In this document: piece after piece, positions 1-12,508 of the stretch
Layout of the letters: each line of letters starts with the position of its first letter
How positions within the stretch are numbered: position 1 is the first letter of the stretch
NCBI GenBank assembly: GCA_951406725.2
Contig: OX597817.1
Coordinates: forward strand, 41,912,001 to 41,976,000
DNA: 64,000 nucleotides
Direction of reading: 5' to 3'
DNA from: Octopus vulgaris
Lineage: Eukaryota
The notes under the pieces: model-generated
The model's database searches: none
What the model saw: only the letters and a program-made list of their open reading frames with translations
What the model was told of the DNA's origin: nothing
Translations under genes and position numbers: made by a program

Positions 1-534
1 TATGAACAGATCTTCGACAAAGAGTGCAAAGATTGAGACAATGATATGAAAATGCATCTAACTCTAAGAAAACTGGCAGCAGGAGAACATGAACATTACA
101 GCAATTATGTTTTCCTGGAGAAACCTTGTGACATAAACTTTAGAAATACAGTAGACCTATTGTGTAAAATTTTTAGTGAGAAAAGCTTGTTGTTCAATAC
201 ACACTGGAAATGTTTGAATGTTGGAAGAATAATGAGGAAGATTACTGCACATATGCTGATAGAGTTAACAGAGAATGTGAAAAGTTCAACTGGATGAGTT
301 AACACCAGCCATATTCAAGTGCCTGATATTTATTCAGGGACAAACTGCAGAAGAAGATGCAGAAGTAAGAACAAGAATTCTTGCTAAACTGGAACAAAAC
401 CAAGCTGTTACACCAAAATTCCAAGTTCAATTCCAAGCAGTGACCTGAACAATAATAATAATAATAATAATAATAATTATAATAACATTGAAAAATATCT
501 TAGGAATGAGAACCCAGGTTTGAAATTTCTCCAA

Positions 535-580
535 GACTTCTGATGAAGGCTGGAGGGTATATCAGCCGAAATGTTGTGTT
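535..580 (+). ncRNA. Minimal type I hammerhead ribozyme motif
   Basis: CTGATGA (540-546), A, stem II GGCTG/CAGCC, GAAA (568-571), then TGTT-GTGTT. Family consensus is GACAC CTGATGA..GAAACGTT GTGTT; stem I and stem III are mutated in this copy. Confidence 0.75.
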
Positions 581-595
581 AACAACAAACAAGAT

Positions 596-880
596 CATCA
601 TCATCATCATCATGGTTTAACATCTGTTTTCCATGCTAGCATGGGTTGGACGGTTCAACCAGGGACTGTGAAGTCAGGAGGCTGCACCAGGAGTCTGATC
701 TAGCAGTGTTTCTACAACTGGATGCCCTTCCTAATGTCAACCATTCCATGAGTGTAGTGGGTGCTTTTTATGTACTACCGGTACAGGGGCCGGAGGAGGC
801 TGGCAACGGCCATGATCGGTTGGTGCTTTTTACGTGCCACCGGCACAGAAGCCAGTGCAGGCAGTGCTGGCATCGGCCAC
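596..880 (-). mobile_element. RTE LINE 3'UTR/tail fragment ending in (GAT)n
   Basis: Matches the 3' end of the LINE at 39563-41097 (GGAAGGGCATCCAG..CAACCCATGCTAGCATGGAAA..GTTAAA(GAT)n). Confidence 0.8.
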
Positions 881-1685
881 GTCAAATGTAAATAATGTAC
901 ATAATTCCTCATCTCATAAATATAGAACTGTGTCAGAAGAGTGTGAAAGAATAGTAAATTTAAGGCTTGACACAGAGAAAATTGAACCCAAAGTTTGCTC
1001 CCCACAACCACCTCCACCACCACTGTCACTGCCACCCCCTCCCACCACCACCACCACCACCACCACCACTACCGCTACCACCACCACCACTACCACTACC
1101 ACCACAACCTTCACCGCCATCACCAACACCACCAGCATATTCATCAGATTTATCATAAGCATCTAAAATTCATCGAGAGATAATCTGGAGAAAGTCAGTT
1201 ACTAGCTGTTGCAGAGTTAGAAACGGCAAGCTTAGAGAACATTGAGATTAAAATTTAGTGGAATTTAATGCAATGGTTTTGCTCAATCTGTCAAAATGGA
1301 ACAATCTTGATATTCAAGACAGGTTTTTGTACAGAGAAGTTCTTCATAGCCTGCAGCTTTCCCAAAAGCAAAAGAGTAAAAAGAAGTGATGCAGACGTTG
1401 TTAATCAATGAAAACCTGAAATATATGAAATTCTAACTAAAAAAATTGGCAAATAAATAAAGGAAGATCTATAAGAATTACAACGTCTTTGAAACCAATA
1501 GCTTGAAATGTGCCAAAGTGAAGATAGTTCTTCATAAAACGATGTCTTATATAATCGATATATTGTGACTATATATTTTAATATACAGTCAATTTATTGT
1601 CAATATTATAAAGTTGATATTTTAGCATATAGTCAACATATAGTCAGTATTATTATATCGATATTTTATTATACTGATACTTTGT

Positions 1686-1735
<50 letters not shown>

Positions 1736-2062
1736 CATCGTCATCTTCATCTTCATCATCATCATTTAACGTCTGTTTTCCATGCTGGCATGGGTTGGAT
1801 GATTCAACAGAGACTGACCAGCTAAAGAGCTGTTCAGGCTCCATGTCTGTTTTGGTTTGGTTTCTACAGCTGGATGCCCTTCCTAACACCAACCACTTTA
1901 CAGAGTATACTGAGTGCTTTTATGCAGCACCAGTACTGGTGCTATAGATGATATATGGTTAGTATTTATGATCAATATATATAGTCAATATAAAATTAGT
2001 ATTTTGATTTGTAGTCATGGGGCTGTCTGAGTTGGGATGAAGTGGGACTTAAACAATATTCT

Positions 2063-2456
2063 TTTATTCTTTTGTTCTTTTACAGTCATTTGATTGTGGC
2101 CCTGCAGGAGCACCGCCTTTAGTCAAACAAATTGACCCACCAGGATTTATTCCATTAGTCACTTTTGACAAACTGCTAAGTTACAGGGACGTTAAACACA
2201 CCAACATCAGTTATTAAGCAATGGTGGTGGGACAAACACAAACACTCAAACACAAACGCACACACTCAAACACACACACACACACACACATATGACAGGC
2301 TTCTTTTCAGTTTCTGTCTGCCAAATCCACTCACGGGGCTTTGGTTGGCCTGAGGATTATAATAGGAGACACTTACCCAAGGTGTCACACAGTGTGACTG
2401 AACCCAGAATCAAATGGTTGGGAAGCAAGCTTCTTACCACACAGCCATGCCTGCGC
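2063..2456 (-). mobile_element. tRNA-derived SINE family A, near full length
   Basis: Reverse complement of the family A copies at 8927 and 62577. Confidence 0.8.
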
Positions 2457-2475
2457 ACATTAACTAACTACAGAT

Positions 2476-2537
<62 letters not shown>

Positions 2538-2559
2538 CAATAACAACCACAATAACACA

Positions 2560-2850
2560 ATGACACATTCACTGAAATTGATGGAGGTCAGAATTTGTGC
2601 TGCACTGTGTGTCAGAGTGTTCTCAAGAAGTTGGAAGAATGTTGCAATGTTGAAGGGACGTTTTGAGCATCTGAGAGATTAAACATTGTCTGTTTAAGAT
2701 GTGCATAAGCAATATGATTGAAAGATAGAAATTTAAATGTAATAAAATGTTTTAAAAATAATTTAACCCCTTAATGGATCAATTATTTTGACATGGCGTT
2801 TCATTTCAGAGTATATATTTTTATTTCCTTTTTTAATTATATACACTGTG
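2560..2850 (+). mobile_element. Tc1/mariner transposase C-terminal remnant
   Basis: Frameshifted ..CQSVLKKLEECCNVEG..FEHLRD* resembles the C..G.HFEH terminus of IS630-Tc1-mariner transposases. Confidence 0.4.
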
Positions 2851-3152
2851 TTAATTACAAAAAAAAAGTTCTTTTATCTTGTTTCCTTTATTTTTTATTA
2901 TAGAAATTAAAATGTACTTTTACTCATTTAGATTTAAAAGAGTTAACTCGGATATTAAAAAAATAGAGACGCTAAAGGAAAGAAGATCCGAAGGGGAAGC
3001 ATATACATGTGTGATGTCTGCAAGATAATTTTGTATAACTCCTTGTTTTAAAAATTATCATTCTAAATAAACTATCTCATTTAAAAAAAAATTTTCCTTT
3101 GATTTAAAAACAATACATCTTATAAAAAATCAAAGATAATTAAGTTATAAGT

Positions 3153-3282
3153 ATGATGATGATGATGAGGAGGAGGAGGATGGTGAAAAAGAAGAAGAAG
3201 AAGAAGAAGAAGAAGAAGAAGAAGAAGAAGAAGAAGAAGAAGAAGAAGAAGAAGAAGAAGAAGAAGAAGAAGAAGAAGAAGA
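3153..3282 (+). repeat. (GAT)n/(GAG)n/(AAG)n microsatellite
   Basis: Direct inspection; it explains the poly-K ORF. Confidence 0.95.
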
Positions 3283-3589
3283 GGAACAGGAGTGGGATCA
3301 GGAGTAATAAAAAATGGTCAAGTTTTGAAAACCTTTGCTAGCAAAGGTCTGCTTGGTCTCATGGCAGAATCTGGTTGTCGTCAGTAGCAGCAGCAGTAAC
3401 ACTACCATCACCACTACCACCACTACCAACGATAATAACAAACTCACTAGACTGGGAAGTCTGGCTAAGGTGATGGAGACTAACCCCCACCTTTTCCTTT
3501 TTCCCCATTCTTGCACTGAATAATACCAAAAACACAAATCAAAACATAAACAAAAAATGTCAAGATTTTACATAATTTAAATGAAATAA

Positions 3590-4255
3590 ATAAATGGTTT
3601 CATGTTCAATCCCACTGTATGGCACCTTCAGCAAGTGTCTTCTACTATAGCCTCGGGCCGACAAAAGCCTTGTGAGTGGATTTGGTAAACGGAAACTGAA
3701 AGAAGCCCATCGTATATATGTGTATATATATATATATAATTCCTTATTGCCCACAAGGGGCTAAACATGGAGGGGACAAACAAAGACAGACAAAGGGATT
3801 AAGTCGATTGCATCGATCCCAGTGCATAACTGGTATTTATTTAATCGACCCAGAAAGGATGAAAGGCAAAGTCGACCTCGGTGGAATTTGAACTCAGAAA
3901 GTAATATCAGACAAAATGCCGCTAAGCATTTTGCCCAGCATGCTAACGATTCTGCAAGCTTGCCACCTTGCAGCCAGCCCATCGTATGTATATTTAAATA
4001 TATATATATATATATATATGTATGTATATACACATATGTGTGTGTGTGTATTTGTGTGTCTGTGTTTGTCCTCTCCACCATCACTCGACAACTGATGCTG
4101 GTGTGTTTACGTCCCTGTAACTTAGCAGTTTGGCAAAAGGGACCAATAGGAAAAGTGTTAGGCTTACAAGGAATAAGGCCTGGGGTCGATATGTTCAACT
4201 AAAGGTGGAGCTCCAGCATGGCCATAGTCATATGACTGAAACAAATGAAAGAATG
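3590..4255 (+). mobile_element. SINE family A interrupted by a MetaSINE-like copy
   Basis: Head at 3590-3715 and body at 3976-4255; AGCCCATCGTAT is duplicated on both sides of the insert. Confidence 0.75.
3740..3968 (-). mobile_element. tRNA-derived SINE family C with Meta-domain-like core
   Basis: Minus strand reads GAGTTCAAATTCCACCGAGGTCGACTTTGCCTTTCATCCTTTCTGGGTCGATTAAATAAATACCAG, resembling the MetaSINE central domain. Confidence 0.75.
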
Positions 4256-4984
4256 CAGGAATGTTTATCTGCTGGAATCTGAATGAAGAGATTAGTCTTT
4301 ACTCGTGCTCACTCGTCTCTGCCACCTTGAAAATCTTATATAAGTAAATACTAAATATAGATGATTAGAGTTGATTGATATTTATAGATTATGACCATAT
4401 TTGGCAAGATTCTCAACAAACTTCAGGTTAAACATACCAAATTTCTTGGTACATTTGCTGGAACTTTTCTCTATTCTCTTCCTTCTTTTCTTTTTTAATT
4501 TTTAATTTTTTTTGTTGAACTATATTTTACGAATTTATTTTCAACATTTCATTGTTGCTAGGATATATATGAATGGTTCCAAATTCACAGAGTGAAGTTC
4601 ATTGAAACTACATACAGAAAAAAAGAAGAAAATAAATGGAAAAAAAAACAAACAAGAGAAAAAAAAGTGAGAGAAAGAATCTATCATACCATTGAGGAAT
4701 TCTTGTGTCTTTCCCTCACTTTTTGGCTTTCCTTCTCTTAGCTTTGCATTGCTTTCTTCATGCATTCTTCATCATTTGTATCTCCTTCACCATTCCCATC
4801 GCTGATGTCGTACATTTTTATTACGATTCTTCTTTTCTCTTTATTTTCTTTTGGTTCACGGTGATTTTCTTTTTCCACTTCTTTTCTTTTTCTACTTTTC
4901 TTATTTTCCATCATGTCTCCTCCTCCTCCACTCTTCTTTCTTTCTTTCTTTCTGTCTTTCCCTTTCTGTCCTCCTCCTCCACCT

Positions 4985-5143
4985 TCTTCTTTTTCTTCTT
5001 CTTCTTCTTCTTCTTCTTCTTCTTTTTCTTCTTCTTCTTCTTCTTCTTCTTCTTCTTCTTCTTCTTCTTCTTCTTCTTCTTCTTCTTCTTCTTCTTTTTC
5101 TTCAGCCATATTATTAATCTTATTAAGAAGAACAATAACAATG

Positions 5144-5205
<62 letters not shown>

Positions 5206-5238
5206 CACCACCACCACCACCACCACCACCACCACCAC
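4985..5238 (+). repeat. (TTC)n, (TAC)n, (CAC)n microsatellites
   Basis: Direct inspection. Confidence 0.95.
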
Positions 5239-5561
5239 TGGCCATTGCCTCTTTCTCTCTCTCTTCAACAATACCTCCATGTCCAGTCTTTCCACCCTCC
5301 CCACTTCCACATACAAAATATAAAAAAATAAATATAAATAGAATATAAATAACAACGAAATAAAAGAAAAAAAGTATACATAGCAAAAATAGATGTCAAA
5401 ATATTTAGCTGTTTTTCTCTAATATGGAAGTCATTTGTTTTTGTTTCTTATTTTTGAATTCTTTTGTCTTTGGGTCAAAAAATTTGAAACAATTTTAATT
5501 AAATTCATTTTTCGCTCTACTTTTAACATGTTTAGACGTACAATTAAATTTCCCCAGCACA

Positions 5562-5888
5562 TAGGTGTGGGTGTGGCTGTGTGGTAAGAAGCTTGCTTCC
5601 CAACCACATGTTTCCAGGTTCAGTCCCACTGCATGGCACCTTGGGCAAGTGTCTTCTACTATAGTCTCAGGCTGACCAAAGCCTTGTGAGTGAATTTTGT
5701 AGATAGAAACTGAAAGAAACCCTCAGGTGTGGTTATGAGGCAAGAAGTTTGCTTCCCAACCACATGGTTCCAGGTTCAGTCCCACTGCATGCCACTTTGG
5801 GGAAGTGTCTTTTACTGTAGCCTCATGCTGACCAAAGCCTTGTGAGTGGATTTGGTAAATGGAAGATGGAAACTGAAAGAAGCCCATC
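5562..5888 (+). mobile_element. Two tandem SINE family A heads
   Basis: A box TGGCTGTGTGG, B box GGTTCAGTCCC, then CCTTGGGCAAGTG; the unit repeats at ~5562 and ~5725. Confidence 0.8.
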
Positions 5889-5924
5889 ATATATATATAA
5901 ATATATATATGTTGATATTAATAT

Positions 5925-6120
5925 ATACTCTTTTTACTCTTTTACTTCTTTCAGTCATTTGATTGTGGCCATGCTGGAGCACTGCCTTTAGCTGAACAAA
6001 TTGTTTCCAAGACTTATCCTTTATATGACTAGTACTTATTGTCGGTGTCTTTTGCCAAACCACTAAGTTACAGGGATGTAAACACACCAACATCGGTTGT
6101 CAATTGATGGTGAGGGGCAA
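5925..6120 (-). mobile_element. SINE family A 3' body
   Basis: Reverse complement of GCTCCAGCATGGCCACA.TCAAATGACTGAAA... Confidence 0.75.
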
Positions 6121-6230
6121 TTTGAGTACCAATTTTTCCACCTTGTTTCCCATTTATGTGCTTACTCTGGTATATATTTAGGGAAAAATTCAATTTAGAA
6201 ATACTAAATCAAATTTCACAAAATATAATA

Positions 6231-6433
6231 TATATATAAATTAGAAAAAAACCACCTTTTATCAATTTGGTATTCTACCAAATATATACGCTTTATTTAT
6301 TATTTTGCACATTACTTAATCATCGGTATATTATTTGTATCTTATATTTAATACTTCTATTATATGTAATTTTCTAGATGGTGTAATTTAATTTTTTATT
6401 TTGAATTGATAAAAGGTGTTTTTTTCTAATTTA

Positions 6434-6440
<7 letters not shown>
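6231..6440. repeat. Short element with ~30-bp inverted ends between (TA)n tracts
   Basis: AAATTAGAAAAAAACCACCTTTTATCAATT (6238-6267) versus AATTGATAAAAGGTGTTTTTTTCTAATTT (6404-6432). Confidence 0.75.
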
Positions 6441-6473
<33 letters not shown>

Positions 6474-6522
6474 GTACTTGTTTCAGTCATTTTGACTGCG
6501 GCCATGCTGGAGCACCGCCTTT

Positions 6523-6599
<77 letters not shown>

Positions 6600-6623
6600 A
6601 TTATTATTATTAGTAGTAGTAGT

Positions 6624-6666
<43 letters not shown>

Positions 6667-6930
6667 CAATTTTGGGATTTTACCAATAGGACCACAACTT
6701 CAATTTCAGATTAACCTTATTTACTGGAGTACGCATAGAAAATTATTTCCAAAATACTAATCTAATAATATAAGCATTTTAAAGCCTACTATAACATACA
6801 ATAAGAATAAAGTACAATTAGAATTAATTATAAATTATTTAAACATATTTAAAAAATATATATATACTTTACCTGTTATTCTGTGGGGAAAGAAGATAAT
6901 ATTATATATGTATATATATATATATATATT

Positions 6931-7180
6931 GTGGAGGTGCGCGACTTAGTGGTTAGAGTATCAGCATCATGATTGTAAGATTGTGGTTTCGATTCCTGAA
7001 CCAGGCCATGCATTGTGTTCTTCAGCAAAACACTTCATTTCACGTTGCTCTAGTCCACTCAGCTGGCAAAAATGAGTAACGCTGCGATGGACAGGTGTCC
7101 CGTCCAGCTGGGGAACATATACACCACTGAAACTGGAAAACCGGGCCCTTGAGCCTGGCTAGGCTTTAAAAGGGCGCATT
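6931..7180 (+). mobile_element. tRNA-derived SINE family D
   Basis: tRNA-like head GTGGAGG..TAGTGGTTAGAG..GTTTCGATTCC; an inverted homologue lies at 26605-26851. Confidence 0.75.
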
Positions 7181-7730
7181 TATTATTTATATATATATAT
7201 ACATATATATATACATACACATATACACACATATATATATGAGTATGTATGTGTGTGTGTGTGTCTTTTGTGGCTGTGTTTGTCTCCCAACACTGCTTGA
7301 CAACTGGTGTTAGTGTGTTTACATCCACATGACTTAGTGGTTTGGTAATAGAGACCAATAGAATAAGTATCAGGCTGAAAGAAGTAGCACTTAGGCTGCA
7401 TCATTCAACTAAAAGTTAAGACACTGCCCCAGCATGGCCACAGTCTAATGACTGAAACAAGCAAAAGATTAAAGGGTGAAAGATATGATAATGAAGAAAG
7501 TTAAATAAGTATTATCTGAATTGAAATAATCCATGTTTGATGACAAATGATAATCTCTTATAATCATATAGATTTGTCGTAAACAATTTGAAATGTTCAT
7601 CAAATTACACAACATTAATGTTTAATCAGCTAATTGATTAGAATTTATCCATTAGCAAACGACAACAACAACAACGAATGAACTGTTGAAATTTATTGGT
7701 AAGAACTTTAAATCATTTCAAGTTGACAAA

Positions 7731-8500
7731 GTGGTGGTGGTGGTGGTGGTGGTGGTGTTGGTGGTGGTGGTGTTGGTTGTGGTGTTGATGGTGATGGTGG
7801 TGGTGGTGATGGTGTTGTTGGTGGTGGTGTTAGTGATGGTGTTCTTGTTGTTTGTGGTGGTGTTGGTGGTTGTGTTGGTGGTGGTGGTGGTGGTGGTGAT
7901 GGTTTTGTTGTTGTTGTTGTTGGTGGTGGTGATGGTGGTGGTGGTGGTGGTGGTGATGGTAGTGATGGTGTTGTTGTTTGTGGTGGTAGTGGTAGTGATG
8001 GTGGTGGTGGTGGTGGTGGTGATGGTGGTGGTGGTGGTGATGGTGTTGTTGGTGGTGGTGGTAGTGATGGTGTTGTTGCTGTTTGTGGTGGTGTTGGTGG
8101 TTGTGTTGTTGGTGGTGGTGGTGATGGTGGTGGTGATGGTGGTGGTGGTGGTAGTAGTGGTGATGGTGGTCACTCTATCATCCCCACTACCATGATGCTG
8201 ATGGTGACTGCCACCACTGCCACCACCACTGACTTATATTGCTTTGTGGTGATGGCGCTGTGAGCAGTAATGCTGTTTGTTGTTGAAGTGATTATTGCCA
8301 GAAGGAAAATGATAAACAACAACAGCAACAACGACATTGAAGACAAAGATAACAATGACAACAACAATGATGATGATGATGATGATGATGATGGTGAGGA
8401 TGATGATAGTGATGGTGATGGTGATAATGATGAAGATGATGATGATGATGATGATGATGGTGAGGATGATGATAGTGATGGTGATGGTGATAATGATGAA

Positions 8501-8552
<52 letters not shown>

Positions 8553-8692
8553 GTGAAGATGATGATGGTGATGATGATGTGATGGTGATGATGATGATGA
8601 TGACGGTGATGATGATGATGATGATGACAACTGCGATTATGGTGGTGGTGGTGATGGCGTTGATGATGACAATGATGATGATGTTGTTGATG
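7731..8692 (+). repeat. Compound (GGT/GTT/GAT)n trinucleotide tracts
   Basis: Direct inspection; includes a ~66-bp higher-order duplication at 8393-8530. Confidence 0.95.
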
Positions 8693-8925
8693 TCGGTAAA
8701 TTTAGTTTAAGATGTGACGAAGGTAAAAAGTGGTCATACAAAACATTTTTTGATATTTCGAAGAAGGAATAATAGCTGGAAGGTTATCTGTGGAAATGGT
8801 TGCTTTCTACCAAGCACTGATTTAGCTGAACAAGATGTCAAACTACTGTGACAAAATGAAACAAAAGAGACGTTACAGTTACAAATAATGGGAAGTCACA
8901 GAAAAAAATAAAGCAAAAATTTACA

Positions 8926-9345
8926 TAGGCGTAGGAGTGGCTGTGTGGTAAGTAGCTTGCTTACCAACCACATGGTTCTGGGTTCAGTCCCACTGCATGG
9001 CAACTTGGGCAAGTGTCTTCTAAGATAGCCTCAGGCCGACCAAAGACTTGTGAGTGGATTTGGTAGACAGAAACTGAAAGAAGCCCGTTGTATATATGTA
9101 TATATATATGTATGTGTGTGTGTATATGTTTGTGTGTCTGTGTTTGTCCCCCCCCCCCCAACATCGCTTGACATCCGATGGTGGTGTGTTTACGTCCCTG
9201 TAACTTAGCGGTTCGGTAAAAGAGACAGATAGAATAAGTAGTAGGTTTACAAAGGATAAGTCCTGGGGTCGATTTGCTCGACTAAAGGTGGTGCTCCAGC
9301 ATGGCCACAGTCACATGACTGAAACAAGTAAAAGAGTAAAGAGAG
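8926..9345 (+). mobile_element. tRNA-derived SINE family A, full length
   Basis: GGCGTAGGAGTGGCTGTGTGGTAAG A box, GGTTCAGTCCC B box, internal (TA/TG)n and an (AAAGAGT)n tail. Confidence 0.9.
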
Positions 9346-9394
9346 AAGAGTACATAGAATAATGCAGCGGAAGTGAACAGTGAATGAATATATT

Positions 9395-9771
9395 GTTTAC
9401 ATTATTTACTTTCGACGGATATTTGTCCTCATCTTGTTTGTTGTTAACACAACGTTTTGGCTGATATACCCTCCAGCCTTTTTCAGATGCCTTGGGGAAA
9501 TTTCAAAACTGGGTTCTCATTCCCAAGGTATTTTTTCAATGTTATTATTATTATTATTATCATTATTATTATCGCCAGTACCGCCTGACTGGCCCTCGTA
9601 CCGGTGGCACATAAAAACACCCACTACACTCTCGGAGTTGTTGGCATTAAGAAGAGCATCCAGCTGTAGAAACTCTGCCAGATCAGATTGGAGTCTGCAT
9701 CACCAGACGTCAGTCAAATCGTCCAACCCATGCTAGCATGGAAAGCGGACGTTAAACGATGATGATGATGA

Positions 9772-9807
<36 letters not shown>

Positions 9808-9890
9808 GATTATTCAGGTTACTGCCTGGAACTGAACTCGGAATCTTGGGGTTAGTAGCCCGCGCTCATAACCACTACGCCATATGCTCG
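9395..9890 (-). mobile_element. Hammerhead-containing tRNA-SINE-like element, copy 2 (RTE tail inserted in its (AAT)n at 9572-9772)
   Basis: Minus head TGGCGTAGTGGTTA..GAGTTCAGTTCC (A/B boxes), (AAT)n, and a degenerate hammerhead at 9446-9491. Confidence 0.75.
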
Positions 9891-10344
9891 TATTTGTATT
9901 TGGTTTGCAAGATACTTGATGTGAATTCAAGTGTTGAAAGAAATACTAATGGACCTTAGGAGGGGCATTATACCAGTAATAAGAAACACATGCATTGGTT
10001 TGGTCCTTTATTGTTCAAAAGAAATAAAAGTCAAGAGATGTGTCACTGAAGAGATTGCAACAATGCAATGAAATAATTATTTGGCGGAAAAAGAAATGAC
10101 AATATTAACAATACTGAGTATTTGAACGATTAACTGTTTGACCAAAGTGTTTGACATATGAGTTTGAAAAACTAGTAAAAAATGGCTGATCGATAAATTG
10201 GTTAACGAATTAACTAACAATAACATAGGCACTTTTACATGGCTCTTACATGGCTAGTCTTTTGCATTGTGCCAGCATGGGTGTTCTCCTACATGGTGCT
10301 GACATGAATGCTTTTATGTGACCCAAGTGTGACCTTTGCCAGAG

Positions 10345-10738
10345 CAACAGGGAAGGTGGCACATAAAAAGCACCATTCGAGCATGATCGTTACCAGCATT
10401 GCCTTACTGGCACTTGTGCCGGTGGCACGTGAAAAGACATTTGAGCGAGGTTGTTGCCAGTGCCGCTGGACTGGCTCCCATGCAGGTGGAACATAAAAAA
10501 AACACCATTTGAGTGCGGCCATTGCCAGTACTGCCTGACTGGCCCTCATGCTGGTGGCATGTAAAAGCATCCACTACACTCTCGGAGTGGTTGGCATTAG
10601 GAAGGGCATCCATCTGTAGAAACTCTGCCAGATCAAGATTGGAGCCTAGTGCAGCCATCTAGTTCGCCAGTCCTCAGTCAAACCACCCAACACATGCTAG
10701 CATGGAAAGCGGACGTTAAACGATGATGATGATGATGA
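10345..10738 (+). mobile_element. RTE LINE 3'UTR/tail fragment with tandem subrepeats
   Basis: GGCACATAAAAAGCACCAT subrepeats and a (GAT)n tail. Confidence 0.8.
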
Positions 10739-11002
10739 CAGTCATCCTGTTGATAAACCATGCTTGTTTCTAAGTTAGATCTTAGTCTTTCAAACAGCAA
10801 CAGTTCACTAGAAGAACATTCTATCGTGGCAGATTTAATCAAAGACACAGTCTATGACAACAACAATGTGTAAGCAGTCAGACATGTTTTGCAAACAACA
10901 ATATATATAATAAAAGTCTGTGGAGAGACGCTGTTAGCATAGTACATATAACAATGTGAAGACAATGGTGACACTTATACACACCCACACATACACTCAC
11001 TT

Positions 11003-11034
<32 letters not shown>

Positions 11035-12247
11035 CACATGTGCAACAGGTTTCCTCATAGTTTCCATCTGCCAGTTCCACTCACAAGGCATTAATTAGTC
11101 AGCTTGAAGCTATAATAGTAGAAGACATATGCTCTCAGTGCCACATATCACGAACAAACCCTTACCCACATGGTTAATAAATGAACTTCTTAACCATGTA
11201 GCTGCGCCTGAAATTACAATATCATCATCATCAATATTGCTTAACATGCACTTTTCTGTGCTTTATGGATCGAACAAACTTTGTTGTGGCATATTTTCTA
11301 TGGCTGGCTATTTTACATCTACAAGCACACATCTACACACACATATATATGCATATACTAGCTTAAAAGCTAGCTCCTGTGGAGGGCTCTTCATTGGACC
11401 TTGGGCCCAACAATGATACTCCATGTATTGAGTACATATTAAATTCTATTAAATTTGAACAACATTTTGCAAGCAATGAATGATTTTCATCAAAATAATG
11501 AATATAATTTATCAACTTGGAACTTATTGCAAAACTGCATGATAAACAATGTTTTCTGTCTTCCCATTCAGGATCAGTACAAATAGCTTGTTTCCATTCC
11601 CTACTCTTGAACAACCAACATAGCTGGCTGTAGGCAATAATAAGCTTATCTTGTAAAAGTTCAACCATAATTCATCTGCCGCGACTCAATTTAAAGACAA
11701 TTTAATGTATGTAGGACCGTACCTTTTGTACAAACAATTATTTGTAGTAGCTGGTACATACCTAAACTCCCATTCATAGTTTGAAGGAAAATTACACTAC
11801 TGTCGCTAAATATTATTTAAAAGTGCAATTTTTATGGCTTGGAATTGCTCTAAATGTATTTGACCATAAAGATGTTTGAAATTTAGTATCTTTTAGTTTT
11901 TTTTTAAGGTAATAATACCAACAGTCACATATATTTTCATGCAGTTGGAGTGTACTTAGTTTCCATAGCTCCGACGGCTGATGGCATGAAAATAGGTCTA
12001 ATAAATTTTATTAATATCTGAAAAAATACTAAGTTTCCAACATTTTTATGGTATAGATTTATGAGAGGTAATATTACATGAGAAAGTGAGTTCAATATGT
12101 ATTTCAGTTCTGTATGTTATGAAGCACATATTTTGGTCAAATTACTTGATACAGTTAGAAGTGTCATTGAATAGTAAGAGAGGGTGGTTGGAGGAGTAAA
12201 GTTGAAAAAGTGTGACACACTTACACACAGACATTTGCTTTCACATT

Positions 12248-12508
<261 letters not shown>

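Larger units (their letters stand above)
418..929 (+). mobile_element. Hammerhead-containing tRNA-SINE-like element, copy 1 (5'-truncated; interrupted by an RTE tail at 596-880)
   Basis: B-box remnant, (AAT)n, hammerhead motif and tail ...AATGTAAATAATGTACATAATTCCTCATCTC..AATATAGAACT, shared with the copies at 9395-9890 and 48813-49547. Confidence 0.75.
1..1560 (+). mobile_element. Decayed Ty3/Gypsy LTR retrotransposon gag(-pol) remnant, interrupted by nested insertions
   Basis: Frameshifted translation reads ...LRKLAAGEHEHYSNYV..KPCDINFRNTVDLLCKIFSEKSLLFNTHWKCLN..DYCTYADRVNRECEKF..FKCLIFIQG..DAEVRTRILAKLEQN, and resumes after inserts at ~930 as VSEECERIVNLRLDTEKIE. This resembles the gag of invertebrate K02A2.6-like Gypsy elements (recognised, not searched). 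Confidence 0.65.

Noticed and set aside
4705-5386. Long ORFs with poly-E/K/S/V/T/H tracts (also 7686-8710, 12184-12571, 13474-14290, 27879-28308 and others)
   Set aside because: Trinucleotide microsatellites open on several frames and both strands; no coding signal.
8926-9000. tRNA genes at A/B-box motifs throughout the window
   Set aside because: No complete cloverleaf is apparent and each continues into a SINE body.
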